A DNA stretch of 64,000 bases from Torpedo marmorata (taxonomy: Eukaryota), in contig OZ360232.1 of assembly GCA_977017645.1 (NCBI GenBank), positions 79,174,001 to 79,238,000 of the forward strand, written 5' to 3'. The notes below the pieces were generated by a model. The model was not told the DNA's origin and ran no database searches. It worked only from the letters and a program-made list of their open reading frames with translations. Below are positions 61,101 to 64,000 of the stretch, in pieces. The first letter of the stretch is position 1. Each line of letters starts with the position of its first letter. A program made the translations under genes and the position numbers.

Positions 61101-63500
61101 AATAATTTATTCTTTGTCTGGATTTTAAGAATTTCTTACAAAGTTACAGAAGACTTGAATGTGGTAAATTGTGAAAAGTTAATGTCATATTGTTATGTGC
61201 AATACTTTTTTTCTAACTTCTGAAAAAACTTTACAGTGTAAACCTTTAATGCGATTTTTTTTAATTGCAAACATTCAGATTAATATGTTGTCCACAATGT
61301 CATTTTCTACTGTTATTATATTCCCTTTTATCTTACTGATATTTGTAAATTCAGAATATGATCTTTGTACTAATATAAATAATTGAAGTTATTTTTAGAT
61401 ATGGACTAAAGGAAAAATGTGCTTGTTTGCTTATTTTTGTTACCTTACTTTGAAAAGTAGCAAAGACTACTTTGCTCAGCAGCATTATAATAATTGGGTC
61501 GATATCCTGTCCAGCATTTTATTTTTGGTATTTTAAATTGAAATGTATAATTAGTTTTTTATCATTTTGACCATTCAGATTTTTTATGTTGTAATATTTT
61601 TGAATGTGCAGCTTTTTTAATATTTTAAAGTGTCTAGTTTTTATTAAAAGCTTATGTATTCAACACTGTATGGCGAATATTCATAAAGAAAGAATAGTTA
61701 TTTGTGGAAGTCAGCCATCAGTGGTGACTCTGTGGCTGAATTCCTTGTGCTTTTCACTGTGTTTGGGGAGGTTGTAGTGATTAACAATTTTAAATAAAGG
61801 AAACTCATTTTTATTAATATCGGTTCACCTTTGAGTTAATTTTAAGTAACCCTGAAATAATTTGGTACAAATTGTCCATTTTTACAGCTTGTTTGTTGAA
61901 GTGGTAGTAAAACAAATTGTTAAGTTTTATGCCAACTATTTATAACGCTCAGTAATTTTTAAATATTTGTAATGTGAAATGTTGAATGATTAAAGTGTTT
62001 CAATGTACTGTAAATGTCTGAGCTTTATACTAACACTGGTCTGCAATTTATTTTAAATAATTTATTTGCTTTGGTTAGCCACCTAACCACTATTCAGATT
62101 GCTATGTATTGCATCTTCAAATGTATCCAATACAGTATTGTTTTTCTTGGAGGTTGTTTTAGTGTTCCTGTCTCTCTTTTGGCCAAAGGGATGATTTTAG
62201 AAAAATTTAAGATAAACTGAGATAAATATTACATTTTAATGCACATTTAAAATTGGGTTTTTAGCCTACATGCAAAGCATGAAACAGAACTAGACTGCAA
62301 GAAATTTATAACCCAGAATTTGCCTGTTCAACTTGCTGCTATTCAAGTTTTCCATGTATGCATGGACAAACATGAAAGACAAACTTCCTGTTCATTACAC
62401 AACTGAATTTCTCAATTGTGGAGCTGTATCTTGGATTATACAGTTGTGAATGAAAGGTAAGTTTATTTTTTAATTTATATTTTAATATGTTAATGATTTT
62501 ATTTTATTTTTTTTAATCTTGGAAAAATGGTTACACACTCAATGTTTTTTGAATTGATAACCAGTAAAGATGGGGGTAAGGCTTTACCAGCAGACAAATT
62601 CTTGAGAGTTTCTGGGAATTGGTTATTCCATTATGTTGCCTGAGGCCTACTATCACTTGCATCCTCATTGGAGACTTAGACAACAGTCCAACAAGTTAAG
62701 TCTTCTGCACAAGGACAAGACAAATTCAACTAGGGGGTGAGCTCAAGTATAGTTTCTGCTAGTACATTAATTGAAGGAATAGCTCCCTTTTAGACATGCT
62801 TGTCCCCACGGAAAAATTGTGGTAGAGTTCAAAATTTTAACCAAGCACCTTTTTAGTTTAGGCTATTTAACCAAATCAAATTAATGACTTAAAAGATGCA
62901 TATTGTTTATACTAATGAAATTGCTGCATTTAAATTTAGTTAAGGAATATAGAGGACATTACTTGTCTATTTGCAAGATTATCATCATTTTTCAAGTCAA
63001 GTTTATTTATCATCTGATTGCACGTACAACCTGACGATAGTGTTCTCTGGTCCTCAGTGCAAAACATGCAGACATGTACATTGATATTTATAAACCAAGT
63101 CCACTTACGATTCCTAAACATATTTTAACTCCATCCCTCCCAGTTCATAGATCTAAAATTTCAAGTTAATTTGATTGTTATTTGAGTTCTAAATTATTTT
63201 AATATTAATGTTACACTTCTGAAGAATGGTGGATAATTATGTAAACCAAGAGACCTTGTTACTCCATTTCTTGTCAGCATTAAATTGTCAAATTTCCAGC
63301 ATAAGATAACACAATGAGCCAATAATTTAAATACTGTACATGGGTATTATAGCATAAATCTATTTACTTATTTGATTTTTATATATACAACCTACTTCTT
63401 GCATATCTACGATAACTTGAGTAATTGCATCCGTTTCTGGACAATGCAAATGTCAGGCATTGTAGTCACAAGGGTTAAATAAATTCAGTTCAAATACTGA
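58128..63500 (+). promoter_or_regulatory. CPEB4: Long AU-rich CPEB4 3' UTR (3' end uncertain) with CPE-like motifs and several AATAAA signals
   Basis: No recognisable TEs; TTTTAT/TTTTAAT motifs (e.g. ~59213-59225); AATAAA at 58203, ~59079, ~60483, ~60650, 61793, ~63478. Confidence 0.65.
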
Positions 63501-63817
63501 CAAAAATGCTTTGTCATTCAAAGTAACTGAATATGCTGTGCAAATAAGTCATTTACGGAAATTTAAACTTTTGTTGAAACAATGAAGCATACTGCATTAA
63601 AGAACAGCTTTCAAGAATTATTTGCTTTCATGTCAACTAGATGGACCTAGACATTTTGACATGTTATATTACAATGCTCCAGCTGATTTCAGGTAGGGAT
63701 ATATTACCAAATCAATTGTAGATTTATACAATATTTCCCCCAGACATTGTCTTCTCTAGTATATTGCAGTTACAGGCTTCAGGCTGGAAAGGTCTTGATT
63801 GACTATAGTAACTTTTA

Positions 63818-64000
63818 AGCCTGAATACTACTGGGATTGTCTGATCTCAGAAGCTGAGCAGGCACAGGACTGGTCAGTACTTGGAGGGGAGACTGCCTAG
63901 GAACACCAGGTGCTGTAGGTTTCTGTGAGGGGCGCTGGACAAAGTAGCGACCCTCTGTCTGCCTTACGGTAGACAAAAATTAAAGAATTTCATGTATGTT
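63818..64000 (+). mobile_element. 5S rRNA-derived SINE (second copy, runs off window)
   Basis: 5S-like head followed by the same body as 44535-44752. Confidence 0.85.

Noticed and set aside
62264-62462. Possible extra exon (ttttag| ... AAG|gtaagt at 62456)
   Set aside because: All three frames contain stops and there is no other support; consensus donor may be chance
63818-63922. Functional 5S rRNA gene
   Set aside because: Diverged, 5' end altered and fused to a SINE body shared with another dispersed copy

Overview
Eukaryotic (vertebrate) genomic DNA. The repeat families suggest a cartilaginous fish (inference from HE1/V-SINE-like SINEs, CR1, Penelope, Rex1 and L1 content). The only host gene is the 3' half of a CPEB2/3/4-family gene, best matching CPEB4. 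It has six + strand coding exons (43587-58127) encoding RRM1, RRM2 and the ZZ zinc finger, followed by about 6 kb of TE-poor 3' UTR-like sequence. The preceding 43.5 kb, presumably one expanded intron, is almost entirely nested transposable elements: an internally deleted endogenous retrovirus with a tRNA-Ser PBS, a pogo transposon and its MITEs, CR1, Rex1, many Penelope fragments carrying minimal hammerhead-ribozyme motifs, and a 17.6-kb BEL/Pao LTR element. The BEL element has a SAP-domain N-terminus and contains L1-in-L1 insertions whose target-site duplications are still readable. Best leads: a near-intact sense-strand hammerhead motif inside a ~1.1-kb-arm Penelope inverted repeat in a CPEB intron, the SAP-bearing BEL with a hairpin where a tRNA PBS is expected, recurrent same-orientation L1 self-insertion creating in-frame chimeric ORFs, and a 37-bp hairpin whose mismatches are all G-U compatible. 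Family assignments come from motif recognition only; no database searches were run.
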